This document shows, in pieces, positions 21,147 to 29,950 of a stretch of DNA of 64,000 nt (position 1 is its first letter; the number at the start of each line of letters is the position of its first letter). The notes under the pieces are model-generated. The model did not search any database, was not told the DNA's origin, and worked only from the letters and a program-made list of their open reading frames with translations. This DNA comes from an uncultured delta proteobacterium (GTDB lineage: Bacteria > Desulfobacterota > RBG-13-43-22): positions 1 through 64,000 of the forward strand of contig CAVUPH010000007.1 in assembly GCA_963743305.1 (NCBI GenBank). Reading direction: 5' to 3'. A program made the position numbers and the translations under genes.

Positions 21147-21387
21147 GTCGACTCCCGATTTTTGCCGACAATGGAGGCCAGGACGACCCTCCCTGAAGCT
21201 TGATCGTGAGACGCCGTTGGTCGTAAGGAATTCTCATGGGATACCGTTAACTGCTTCTGGTTTATTACACTCTCAGTTTTTAAAAAATCGCAAGATTTCG
21301 AAAATTGAGCAACGGTTCACGAATAAAGCATCTTTATTTTATTGATAATTGTAATTTATCGTGTTATTAATATAACTTAAGTCAAGT

Positions 21388-21535
21388 TTGAAGGAGTTGC
21401 AAAAGTCTGTCAGAGAGGGTTTGTCATTTTGAGTCCCGCGCTATCGCGGGACTCAGAATCTCGTTTTTTCAGATAGTTCCGAGATCCTTCACTTCGTTCA
21501 GGATGACAGTTCGGGACTTTTTGCGAGATCATCAA
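21388..21535. mobile_element. MITE-like element with terminal inverted repeats enclosing a REP-like hairpin
   Basis: TTGAAGGAGTTGCAAAAGTC ... GACTTTTTGCGAGATCATCAA; solo ends of the same type at 34342-34364 and 45637-45657. Confidence 0.6.
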
Positions 21536-21553
21536 GTCTCTCCTCGCCTAGAA

Positions 21554-21677
21554 TTGAATTAAAAAAATTGGACTTCTAAACTTAACCCCAACCTTTCGGG
21601 AGCGGGATATGAAGTGGGAGTTGAAGTTTGCGATGTGAAGCCTTCATAGGGAATTAAACCCTTGTGGAGGCTTTTTT
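21554..21677 (+). ncRNA. Candidate small transcription unit or leader: promoter, 9-codon ORF, terminator
   Basis: TTGAAT-17-TAAACT; ATG at 21609 (MKWELKFAM*); hairpin AAGCCTTCATAGGG/CCCTTGTGGAGGCTT plus T-run. Confidence 0.4.
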
Positions 21678-21801
21678 CTTAATGGGCTTATATCTAAATT
21701 TTTTTCGCATATCTTTATGTCATCGTTCTTAAAGGGTAATCTCCGTAGCTGAAAAATATTCAGCCCAGGCCTTAACCCGTTTATTTGTATCAGGAGGCAC
21801 C

Positions 21802-23346
21802 ATGAAAATAGGGAAATGGATGTGGACAGGGTTACCTCTGCTCCTGATGATTGGATGGGGTATTCCCCCCGGCGAGGGCTTGGGGCAAGATATAGGGTGG
21901 ATGCAGAAGGGAGTCCGCTTATGGTATTTCGGTGGTGTGGATAGCGGAGGGGTTACCTCATCAGATGCGGAAGAGGCCTATTTGATTGAATCGATTGAAG
22001 GCGCAGATGTTCGAATGACGCACTATGCCGCCTTAAACCATTGGGGGTCGCCTCACCCGACCGAAACCGGTGCTACTCCCCTCCTGGATAGCGGACCTTG
22101 CTGGATACACCCGCTGCAATTGAATAAACTTAAAACTAATGATTATTGGAGGGGCCAAAAGATTATCTTCTTAAAACGCTCCAGTTTTGCTAATGACCCC
22201 CCGCCATACCAGCTCCTGCCCGGAAACGCCCTTTATAATTTGAATCCCCAGAGAGAATTGGTGATGATTTCCTATATTCTTCCCGATTTCAGTACGGGCA
22301 ATGCCTATTTCGATGCGGAAACGGGCCTTCTGCTCTATTATCACAACTTGTGGGGAACAAATAATAAAATGTTCTTCATCCTGAGTGAGATCAATTATGA
22401 TTTTGACACCAGGAAGGCTTTTCCCGAAGATGGCGGTCCGCATACGGGTTTCCATTCCTGGGTGAGTGAACGATCGTTGGGTAATTTTCTTACGGGGGGA
22501 GGCACGGTAGATATTCATTCTCAGATTGAAAGCCGTTATGGAGATATTGTCAGAATGTGGGTTATAACGGACCTTTCCAAGTCCACTGTAATCCACTTGA
22601 CAGAGAACTATTGCTTTTTCGGCAGTATTCCCTTGGTGCGGCGCATCGATTACCTACTGCAGCCGCCCCAGACCCCGCCCGACCAGTGGGAGCCGTACGG
22701 CCAATACCTCTGGTGGTGGGTACCGCCCAATACCTTGGAAGGCACAAGCATCAATGTCCTTGGAGTTCCTATGTCCCGGACCGTTTCCACTTCTCAGACG
22801 ATCGGCGCGGGGCCGGTTACGTTTTCAGCCACCGAGGCCCCGCAACGCTTTCACTTTTCCGAACTGGTTTTCGGAGAGGACGGCTATTTGATTCAGTTTT
22901 CCGCCAAGGATCCTTCCATTGGGCTCGATGTAAATCCGGGCGATTACCTCTTTACGAACGGAACAGTTTTATATGGACTCGATTATTATCAAGAATACAT
23001 GGGTACGGCGACCCCATCCAAACCTTCGGCCTTTAATAAAGTCGGCCCGGCCAACGGAGCGACTATCCCGGTCAGCAACCTGACATTAAGCTGGAGGAAT
23101 AGCCCCGGGGCGGCCGGTTACGAATATTGCTATAAGAAAACTAACAATACCCTATGTGACGGAAACTGGATTACAGCCGGCTCCAGCAACTCTGTCGTTC
23201 TCAGTGGGTTGGACATAGGCATAAGCTATTATTGGCAGGTGAGGGCTCTTAACGATTTTGGAACCATTGACGCGGACGAAGGGAACTGGTGGGGGTTTAG
23301 TGCAACTCCCTATTATTACTTATATCTGCCGATGACTTTGAGATAA
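21802..23346 (+). CDS. Secreted protein with C-terminal FN3-like domain
   Basis: SD AGGAGG, signal peptide, LSW..SPGAAGYEYC..YYWQVRA; ends YLYLPMTLR. Confidence 0.8.
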   Translation: MKIGKWMWTGLPLLLMIGWGIPPGEGLGQDIGWMQKGVRLWYFGGVDSGGVTSSDAEEAYLIESIEGADVRMTHYAALNHWGSPHPTETGATPLLDSGPCWIHPLQLNKLKTNDYWRGQKIIFLKRSSFANDPPPYQLLPGNALYNLNPQRELVMISYILPDFSTGNAYFDAETGLLLYYHNLWGTNNKMFFILSEINYDFDTRKAFPEDGGPHTGFHSWVSERSLGNFLTGGGTVDIHSQIESRYGDIVRMWVITDLSKSTVIHLTENYCFFGSIPLVRRIDYLLQPPQTPPDQWEPYGQYLWWWVPPNTLEGTSINVLGVPMSRTVSTSQTIGAGPVTFSATEAPQRFHFSELVFGEDGYLIQFSAKDPSIGLDVNPGDYLFTNGTVLYGLDYYQEYMGTATPSKPSAFNKVGPANGATIPVSNLTLSWRNSPGAAGYEYCYKKTNNTLCDGNWITAGSSNSVVLSGLDIGISYYWQVRALNDFGTIDADEGNWWGFSATPYYYLYLPMTLR

Positions 23347-23385
23347 ATATTCCTTAATCTCTGTGAATCCGTAATTAGATCGTCT

Positions 23386-23470
23386 ATATCCCCGAGTGTC
23401 TTTGTCGGGGATCCAGAATCGTACCAGACCGGGTCTGGATTCCCGCCCGGAAGCGCTGCGGGAATGACGA
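23386..23470. repeat. REP-like palindromic element
   Basis: ATCCCCGA..TCGGGGATCCAG..CTGGATTCCCGC..GCGGGAATGAC. Confidence 0.6.
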
Positions 23471-23559
23471 TAAGAAAACCACAAGACGGTCGATTCTATT
23501 ATGAGACCATTAATACAAAGCATGTTTTTATTCCAATTGATTGATTGGCTGGGAGAGTA

Positions 23560-23583
23560 TTCGATTCCCCTGCACATCCACCC
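23560..23583 (+). repeat. Array repeat 5: most degenerate tRNA 3' fragment, abutting the intact yjbQ
   Basis: TTCGATTCCCCTGCACATCCACCC; IHF consensus on the minus strand at 23534-23546. Confidence 0.8.
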
Positions 23584-23587
23584 GTTA

Positions 23588-24007
23588 CTATTCTCCAATA
23601 ATTTTGACCAGCACCCTTTTCCTCCTTCCCCCGTCAAACTCCCCATAAAAAATCTGTTCCCAGGGACCGAAATCGAGTTTTCCCCCGGTGACGGCCACCA
23701 CCACCTCCCGGCCCATGACCTGGCGCTTCAGGTGGGCGTCGCCGTTGTCCTCCCCGGTCCGATTATGGAGATACTGGCTGACGGGTTCGTGGGGGGCCAG
23801 TTTTTCCAGCCAGCGGTCATAGTCCCGGTGCAGGCCGGACTCGTCGTCGTTGATGAAGACCGAAGCGGTGATGTGCATGGCGTTGACCAGGATGAGACCC
23901 TCCCGGATCCCGCTGTCTTTCAAACAGCGCTCGACCTCCACGGTGATATTGATGAAGGCCCGCCGCCCCGCGGTGTTAAACCATAATTCTTTTCGATAGG
24001 ATTTCAT
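23588..24007 (-). CDS. yjbQ: YjbQ/UPF0047 family protein (secondary thiamine-phosphate synthase family), intact copy
   Basis: [35 protein letters not shown]. Confidence 0.93.
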   Translation of the reverse strand: MKSYRKELWFNTAGRRAFINITVEVERCLKDSGIREGLILVNAMHITASVFINDDESGLHRDYDRWLEKLAPHEPVSQYLHNRTGEDNGDAHLKRQVMGREVVVAVTGGKLDFGPWEQIFYGEFDGGRRKRVLVKIIGE

Positions 24008-24741
24008 AGGAAAATTTCCTGATCATCGCGGGCGGCCAGGGTGTTGGGGAAGATTTTTCGAGCCTCGGCCTGGGCCTCCCGGCGGTCCTTGAGCGTCGTA
24101 TATAAACTGGCATCAAAATGGACCAGGACCAATTTTTTAGCGCCGGCTTCCTTCGCGGCCTGGGCGGCTAGGACCGGATTGAGGTGGGGCCATTTGGTGG
24201 TTTCCCCGCCCTTGTAGGCACATTCGGTAATCAGCAGGTCGGCCTGCCGGGCCAGGAGGCCTAAATTGCGGCAAGGACCGGTATCGGTGCAATAGACGAT
24301 GGTTTTTTGCTCCAGGGTAAAGCGGTAGCCGTAGCAGGGGGCCACATGCGCCAATTTTCTCGATTCCACCGAAAAAGGGAGGGCCGATAGGGAAAGCCGA
24401 CTGTGAATGCGCAAGGGAGTGTTCAGCTTTCTTAGGTCGGCGGTAAACGGCTGACGGATCAATTGGGTCAATAATTTTTTGGCGCCCGGCGGCCCGTAGA
24501 CCTCCATTCCTCGGGATAGATTGAATTTGTTCAGAATATGCAGACCCACCACATGATCCAGATGGAAATGGCTTAAAAAGAGGTAGATCGGTTTGCTGGG
24601 ATTAAGATAACGGTCAATTTTGTGAAGGCCGTTGCCGGCATCCAGGATGATGGTTTCTTTTTGGGTCTCCAGCAGAATACAGAGGGTATTGCCGGTAGGG
24701 GTATCGTACCAGCCGTTGGTTCCCAGGAAGACTAATCGCAT
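24004..24741 (-). CDS. MBL-fold hydrolase, RNase Z/BN-like
   Basis: FLGTNG, SHFHLDH, YCTDT, LITEC, LVLVH. Confidence 0.85.
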   Translation of the reverse strand: MRLVFLGTNGWYDTPTGNTLCILLETQKETIILDAGNGLHKIDRYLNPSKPIYLFLSHFHLDHVVGLHILNKFNLSRGMEVYGPPGAKKLLTQLIRQPFTADLRKLNTPLRIHSRLSLSALPFSVESRKLAHVAPCYGYRFTLEQKTIVYCTDTGPCRNLGLLARQADLLITECAYKGGETTKWPHLNPVLAAQAAKEAGAKKLVLVHFDASLYTTLKDRREAQAEARKIFPNTLAARDDQEIFL

Positions 24742-24979
24742 CCGCGCAGTGCTCCTTCCTTAAATTTGATAACCTAGTAAAACGGATCTTCTGCGAATCC
24801 GGCAAATTTTGGATAAAAATACCAAAGAATTAAGGAAAGCGGTAGAAAAAATTTTTACCGAATGAAATAATTCTCTGTGCTATAATCCACCGCTGGTTGT
24901 GATTTCTGGGGTGCGGGCGCACGAGGCCGTTTGGCCGTAAGAACCCGTCAAGAAATAAGCTATACCATCTCGCTAATAT

Positions 24980-25065
24980 CTCCGTTCATGCTGAGCCTGT
25001 CGAAGCATGGCTGTCTCGTTCACCCTTCGACTGCTCGACAGGCTCGCAGCTCAGGGCGAACGGAT
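24980..25065. repeat. REP-like palindromic element
   Basis: CCGTTCATGCTGAGCCTGTCGAAGC...CTTCGAC..GCTCAGGGCGAACGG. Confidence 0.65.
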
Positions 25066-25253
25066 ATGGGACCGTTTGTCAATGTTATTTGTTTACAGAT
25101 CCTAACCGCGACCTGTCGCGATCGATGAAAGCGCAGTCGTGCTTGCGCACTCCAAACGGGAATCCATATATTCGGTTGACAACAGAAGGGACTTCTTGTA
25201 CTCTTTTGAAATAATTTAATTGGAATAATTTAAAAAGAGTATAACAAAGGGGA

Positions 25254-26381
25254 GTGCTGTTGAGGAATCCATTCACTTTAGGAATGACCGGGAAGGACGA
25301 TTTCTGCGACCGGGATCAAGAAATGGAAGACCTCCTGCGCCATGCCAGAAACGGCGACAACACGGTCCTTTATTCCCCCCGCCGTTATGGAAAATCATCT
25401 CTGATCGCCATGGTTCTCGATAGGCTGGGGAGGGAGGGATTCACCACGGTCTATGTCGATTTGTTTCCCATTACCTCGGAACAGGATTTTATCTCCAGGT
25501 TTTCTACCGGCATTTTTAAGGGGATTGGAAGAGGGGCGGATCCGCGGACGGTTGGGGATAAGGTGGTCGGTCTGTTCAAAAAGATGATCCCCAGCATTGA
25601 CGTAACCCCTGACGGATATAACTTTTCCATTAAATTCGATCGCACGATGGATCCGGGATTACTCCTGGATGACCTCCTGGAGGGACTTTATACTTATGCC
25701 ACCACAAAGAAACTCAAGATCTGCATTGCCCTCGACGAATTTCAGGAGATCACTGAACTTCCCGAATCAAAAAAGATAGAAGGGATTTTGCGCTCGCATA
25801 TTCAGATTCACAGGGATATCGCCTACTTTTTTGTGGGAAGCCGCAGACGTATACTGAATGACATGTTTACGAATAAAAGTCGGGCCTTCTATAAAAGTGC
25901 TTTTTCCTATGTCCTGAAAGAGATCCCTGATGGTGATTTCAGTTCATATATCGTGAAAAAATTTAAGGACACCGGTAAGAAGTGCACCCCGGAGACGGCT
26001 TTAGAGATATACGATAAAGTAAGAGGGTACCCTTATTATGTCCAGAAACTGGCCTCGATTGCCTGGGATTTGACGACAAAACACTGTGCCCCGGACCTGG
26101 TAGGATCGGCATCTCGAACACTGCTTCGTATGGAAGCGGCCGACTTCGAGGGTATTTGGAGTGGGCTGACCTTGATACAGAGGTCCCTGCTCAAAGCCAT
26201 CGCTCAAGAGCCTACCCCCTCCCCATATGCCAGAGAATTTCTGGAAAGACATCGTCTTTCAGTAGGGGGGACTCAGAAGGCAATGAGTATCCTTCTTTCC
26301 AGAGATCTCATCGAAAAGGATCAGGAAAATAAATATAGGCTGACAGATCCCCTAATGGGAGCGTGGCTGAAGGAAACCTGA
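25254..26381 (+). CDS. AAA+ (archaeal-type ATPase_2) protein with C-terminal winged helix
   Basis: Walker A SPRRYGKSS, Walker B IALDEFQ, GYPYYVQ. Confidence 0.85.
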   Translation: MLLRNPFTLGMTGKDDFCDRDQEMEDLLRHARNGDNTVLYSPRRYGKSSLIAMVLDRLGREGFTTVYVDLFPITSEQDFISRFSTGIFKGIGRGADPRTVGDKVVGLFKKMIPSIDVTPDGYNFSIKFDRTMDPGLLLDDLLEGLYTYATTKKLKICIALDEFQEITELPESKKIEGILRSHIQIHRDIAYFFVGSRRRILNDMFTNKSRAFYKSAFSYVLKEIPDGDFSSYIVKKFKDTGKKCTPETALEIYDKVRGYPYYVQKLASIAWDLTTKHCAPDLVGSASRTLLRMEAADFEGIWSGLTLIQRSLLKAIAQEPTPSPYAREFLERHRLSVGGTQKAMSILLSRDLIEKDQENKYRLTDPLMGAWLKET

Positions 26382-26469
26382 CTCAGAGACTATTGATGCT
26401 TCCCGGGCTGGCCCTGCTTCCGGGAAGATTTAGAAACACTGGGGCCGGGTTAGAACCTATAGTGCAAGG

Positions 26470-26540
26470 TGGAAAACCCTTTCGCCGAGACCAGACGGCC
26501 AAACCGGATCTGGGGGGTACCCACCCAAAAGGGCGAAGCG
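26470..26540 (+). repeat. Dispersed ~70-bp repeat, copy A
   Basis: TTTCGCCGAGACC..GGCC..ACC.GATCTGGGGGGTACCCACCC.AAAGGGCGAAGCG; also at 34061-34130 (-) and 42652-42722 (+). Confidence 0.8.
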
Positions 26541-26552
26541 TCAAAAAATATT

Positions 26553-27777
26553 ATGGCTTGGAAATTTAGGATACCAATTCTTCTCTGCTTCCTTGCTCCT
26601 CGGGCAGCCCGTCCTGCTCTTCGCGGGCAGCGAGCCCTTGACCCTGACGGCCGTGGGGGACATTATGATGGGCTCCACCGGGCAGCGGACCGCGCTGCCG
26701 CCCGATGACGGGGAAGGGCTGTTTCAGGGGGTCAGTGAGCAGCTTCGGGACGGCGATCTGGTCTTCGGAAACCTGGAAGGTACCCTGTCGGATGGGGAAG
26801 AGGGAGGGAAATGCCGGGAGGATAAAAGCCCTTGGTGCTTCGAATTCAGGACCCCCGCCCGCTATGTCCGACACTTGAAGCAGAACGGCTTCAACGTGGT
26901 CAATCTGGCCAATAACCATGCCTGGGATTTCGGCCCGGAAGGGATCCGGAACACCCTCGAGACCCTTCAAGGCGCGGGGATCAAGGCCGCGGGCGGGACC
27001 GCCCTGGCTTTTTTCGAAATCCGAGGAAAGCGAATCGTGGTGGCGGGCTTCTCCTATCAGGCTTCAAAATATTCCTATTCGATCCTGGAAATTCCCCGGG
27101 CCGTGGAAATCGTCAGGCAACTAAAAGCCCATTACGACCTGGTGATCGTCTCCTTTCACGGGGGGGCGGAAGGGCGCTCAGCCCAACATGTGGCCGACCG
27201 GAACGAGGTTTTCCTGGGGGAGAAGCGGGGCAACGTGGTTCGATTCGCCCGGTCGGTGGTGGAGGCCGGGGCGGATCTGGTTTTGGGACACGGCCCGCAT
27301 GTCCTGCGGACCATGGAAGTGTATCAAGGAAAACTGATCGCTTATAGCCTGGGCAATTTTTTAACCTACGGGCTGTTTAACCTGAAAGGCCCCAACGGGA
27401 TCAGCGTGATTTTGAAAGTTCGCCTGGATGCGGATTCCGGGCGTTTTCTCGACGGGCAGTTGGTCCCGGTGAGGCTGGTCAATGGCGGCATCCCGGAAAT
27501 CGACCCGGAAGGGGAGGGGATCCGAATCGTTCGCCGGTTATTCGAGGAAGATCTCGATTCCCGCTCGCCTGACCTTATGCGAAAACGGGAGCCTCTGGGT
27601 GGCCGATGGAATCCGGACCTGTGCCGCGGAAAGGAATCAGGCCCTTGGAAGGCGTTGACGAAAAGGAGGCTGCCGCGCTTCGAGAACTGGCCGACTGGAA
27701 GGGGATTGAACGAGAATACACCGATCTCCGGGGTCAGGTCCATGTGCTTCCCGAGGAGACCCTGCGGGTTTTTTTAA
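26553..27777 (+). CDS. CapA/PGA_cap metallophosphoesterase-family protein (probable frameshift in the signal peptide; 3' end uncertain)
   Basis: AVGDIM, GNLEG, NLANNHAWDFG, VSFHGG, GHGPHV, YSLGNF. Confidence 0.85.
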
Positions 27778-29927
27778 AGGCCATGGGGCTGGACCTTCAG
27801 ACCCCGGAGGACATCGAGCAGGCCCTGCGCCAAGAGCGGGAGAGGTCCTGGAGACAACTGACCCAACCGGTTCGGGTGGAGTATCAGTCCCATGTGCCCG
27901 AAGAAATCGTTTTTCAATTTCCCCTGGCGGAGGGTTTCCCTCCGGATCATCTGATTCAGCATCTAAAAATCGAATTATCGATCGAAGAAGAGGAGGGTTA
28001 CCAACGAATCCAAAGCTTCGATCCCGAAGCGATCCGGATCGGGGAGTCGCAACACCTCGCGGAAGGGCTCTTCCAGAGGGCCGCCATTCCCTTTCCTAGG
28101 GGATTGCCTTTGGGGGTTCACCGCTTTTCGCTTACGGTGGCTTTTCAGGATAAGCGCTGGGAACAGGAAATCACCGTCATTCTTTGCCCGGATCGGGCCT
28201 ATCTTCCACCGGTCCTGGCGGAGGGCGGAAAACGGGCCGGGTTGATAGCGGCCGTGCACGGTCTGCGGTCCGCCCGCAATTGGGGGATCGGGGATTTCAG
28301 TGATTTAAAAAAACTGGTCGGCTGGGCCGCGGACCGGCTTCGGGTGGATGTGATCGGGGTCCTGCCCCTTCATGCCCTGGCTAACCGGGAGCCGTATAAT
28401 ATCAGCCCCTACTACCCCACCAGCCGGTTTTATCGGAATACGATCTACCTGGATGTGACCGCCATCGAGGAATATCACCGGTCCTGGCCGGCCCGGGCCC
28501 TGGCCTGTTCGCCGGAATTTGTAAAGATCGTTATCGAGCTCAGGGAATCGCCCTGGGTGGAATATGAAGTGGCGTCCCAATTAAAGGGGATGGTCCTGGA
28601 AGAAGTCTTTAAGACCTTCCTGGAAAGGCACTGGAAGCCTGATCAGGCGGGCGACCCCCGCCTGAAATCCTTTAAAAGTTATTTGAAACGGGAAGGAAAG
28701 CCCCTGGAGCTTTTTGCCGCCTTCTGCGCCCTGGACGAATTTTTTCGAAAGCAGCCCCCCTTCCGGCAGGTTTGGCGGGATTGGCCCCTGCCTTTTCAAG
28801 ACCCAGGTTCCAAGGAGGTGGAGGCCTTTTGCCGGGAGCAGGGAGAAAGGCTTTTGTTCCACCAGTACCTCCAATGGCAGGTGGAAGAACAACTGGAAGA
28901 GGTTCAGCGAGCCGTCCGGGAAAAGGGGGCGGAGGTCGGCCTCTGCCTGGACCTGGCCCTGGGTACGGACCCCGGGGGCGCCGATGCCTGGGCCTACCGC
29001 GATTTTCTGGTACCCGGGCTAAAGGCCGGGGCGCCGCCCGATGATTTTGCCCCCCTGGGACAGGATTGGGGCTTTCAGCCGGCCAATCGGGAAAAACACC
29101 GGGACCAGGGTTATCGCCTGCAGGCCGATGAAATTCGTAGAAACTGCCGGCCGGGAGGTGCCCTGCGGATCGATCACGTGATGAAATTCTTCCGTCTCTT
29201 CTGGATTGCGGAGGGGCAGGGCGCGGCCCAGGGGGGGTATGTGAGGGATTATTCCGATGACTTGATAAAAATCCTTTGTCTGGAAAGCCTGCGGAGTAAA
29301 ACGTTGATTATCGGCGAGGACCTGGGAACCGTCCCGACAGAGGTTCGGGAGGTTTTGCGGCAACATGGCATTTTTTCCTACCGGCTATTCTATTTTGAAA
29401 AAAAGGAATCCGGGGAATTCAAAGACCCGGGCGAATATCCGGAATGGGCCTTGGCGGCGGTCAGCACCCATGACCTGCCCACGCTGGCCGGTTTCTGGTC
29501 TTCCGGGGATATCCGCCTGCGCCGGGATTTGGGGTTTCTTCCTGATGATGTCGCTTTCCAGGGAAGCCTGCTTCAGCGCATTCATGATAAGCGCCAGATG
29601 ATCGACACCCTGCAGCGCTGCGGATTTCTGTCCGCCATCGAGGCTCGAGAGCTTCATGCCCAGGATCAACCTCGGGTCACTCCGGCGTTGCACCGGGCGG
29701 TCATCGGTTTTCTGGTTTCCACGACGGCTAAACTGGTGGTCCTCAACCAGGAAGATCTATTTTTGGAGATGAACCAGCAGAATCTGCCCGGCTCCACCAA
29801 CCAATATCCCAACTGGAAAAGCAAAATGCGCTATTCCCTGGAGGATCTGGTCCACCACCCCGAGGCCCGGGAACTGGCCGATTGCTACCGGGAGTGGATC
29901 GAGCGGTCGGGGAGGGGGATCCGGTGA
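27606..29927 (+). CDS. malQ: 4-alpha-glucanotransferase (GH77)
   Basis: GIGDFSDL, SPYYP, GAPPDDF..GQDWG, LRIDH, IIGEDLG, STHDLPT, QQNLPG. Confidence 0.93.
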   Translation: MESGPVPRKGIRPLEGVDEKEAAALRELADWKGIEREYTDLRGQVHVLPEETLRVFLKAMGLDLQTPEDIEQALRQERERSWRQLTQPVRVEYQSHVPEEIVFQFPLAEGFPPDHLIQHLKIELSIEEEEGYQRIQSFDPEAIRIGESQHLAEGLFQRAAIPFPRGLPLGVHRFSLTVAFQDKRWEQEITVILCPDRAYLPPVLAEGGKRAGLIAAVHGLRSARNWGIGDFSDLKKLVGWAADRLRVDVIGVLPLHALANREPYNISPYYPTSRFYRNTIYLDVTAIEEYHRSWPARALACSPEFVKIVIELRESPWVEYEVASQLKGMVLEEVFKTFLERHWKPDQAGDPRLKSFKSYLKREGKPLELFAAFCALDEFFRKQPPFRQVWRDWPLPFQDPGSKEVEAFCREQGERLLFHQYLQWQVEEQLEEVQRAVREKGAEVGLCLDLALGTDPGGADAWAYRDFLVPGLKAGAPPDDFAPLGQDWGFQPANREKHRDQGYRLQADEIRRNCRPGGALRIDHVMKFFRLFWIAEGQGAAQGGYVRDYSDDLIKILCLESLRSKTLIIGEDLGTVPTEVREVLRQHGIFSYRLFYFEKKESGEFKDPGEYPEWALAAVSTHDLPTLAGFWSSGDIRLRRDLGFLPDDVAFQGSLLQRIHDKRQMIDTLQRCGFLSAIEARELHAQDQPRVTPALHRAVIGFLVSTTAKLVVLNQEDLFLEMNQQNLPGSTNQYPNWKSKMRYSLEDLVHHPEARELADCYREWIERSGRGIR

Positions 29928-29950
29928 AGCCGGTCAGCGAGAGAGTCCGG

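Noticed and set aside
10483-23583. CRISPR array or classical integron
   Set aside because: Repeats are 250-425 bp of gene sequence with kb-scale spacers; no cas genes; no attC-like RYYYAAC..GTTRRRY hairpins recognised; the recombinase lacks an evident IntI-specific insertion.
10516-24007. Diversity-generating retroelement (template/variable repeats in yjbQ)
   Set aside because: No reverse transcriptase in the window; differences are mostly synonymous and not adenine-specific.
26470-26540. HDV-like ribozyme in the dispersed repeat (GGGCGAAGCG end)
   Set aside because: I could not build the nested double pseudoknot, and the would-be catalytic C is T in copy B.
27606-27777. 172-nt overlap of the capA-like gene and malQ as a programmed feature
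   Set aside because: The CapA domain ends near 27550 and the tail looks non-conserved; a lost stop or indel is more likely.
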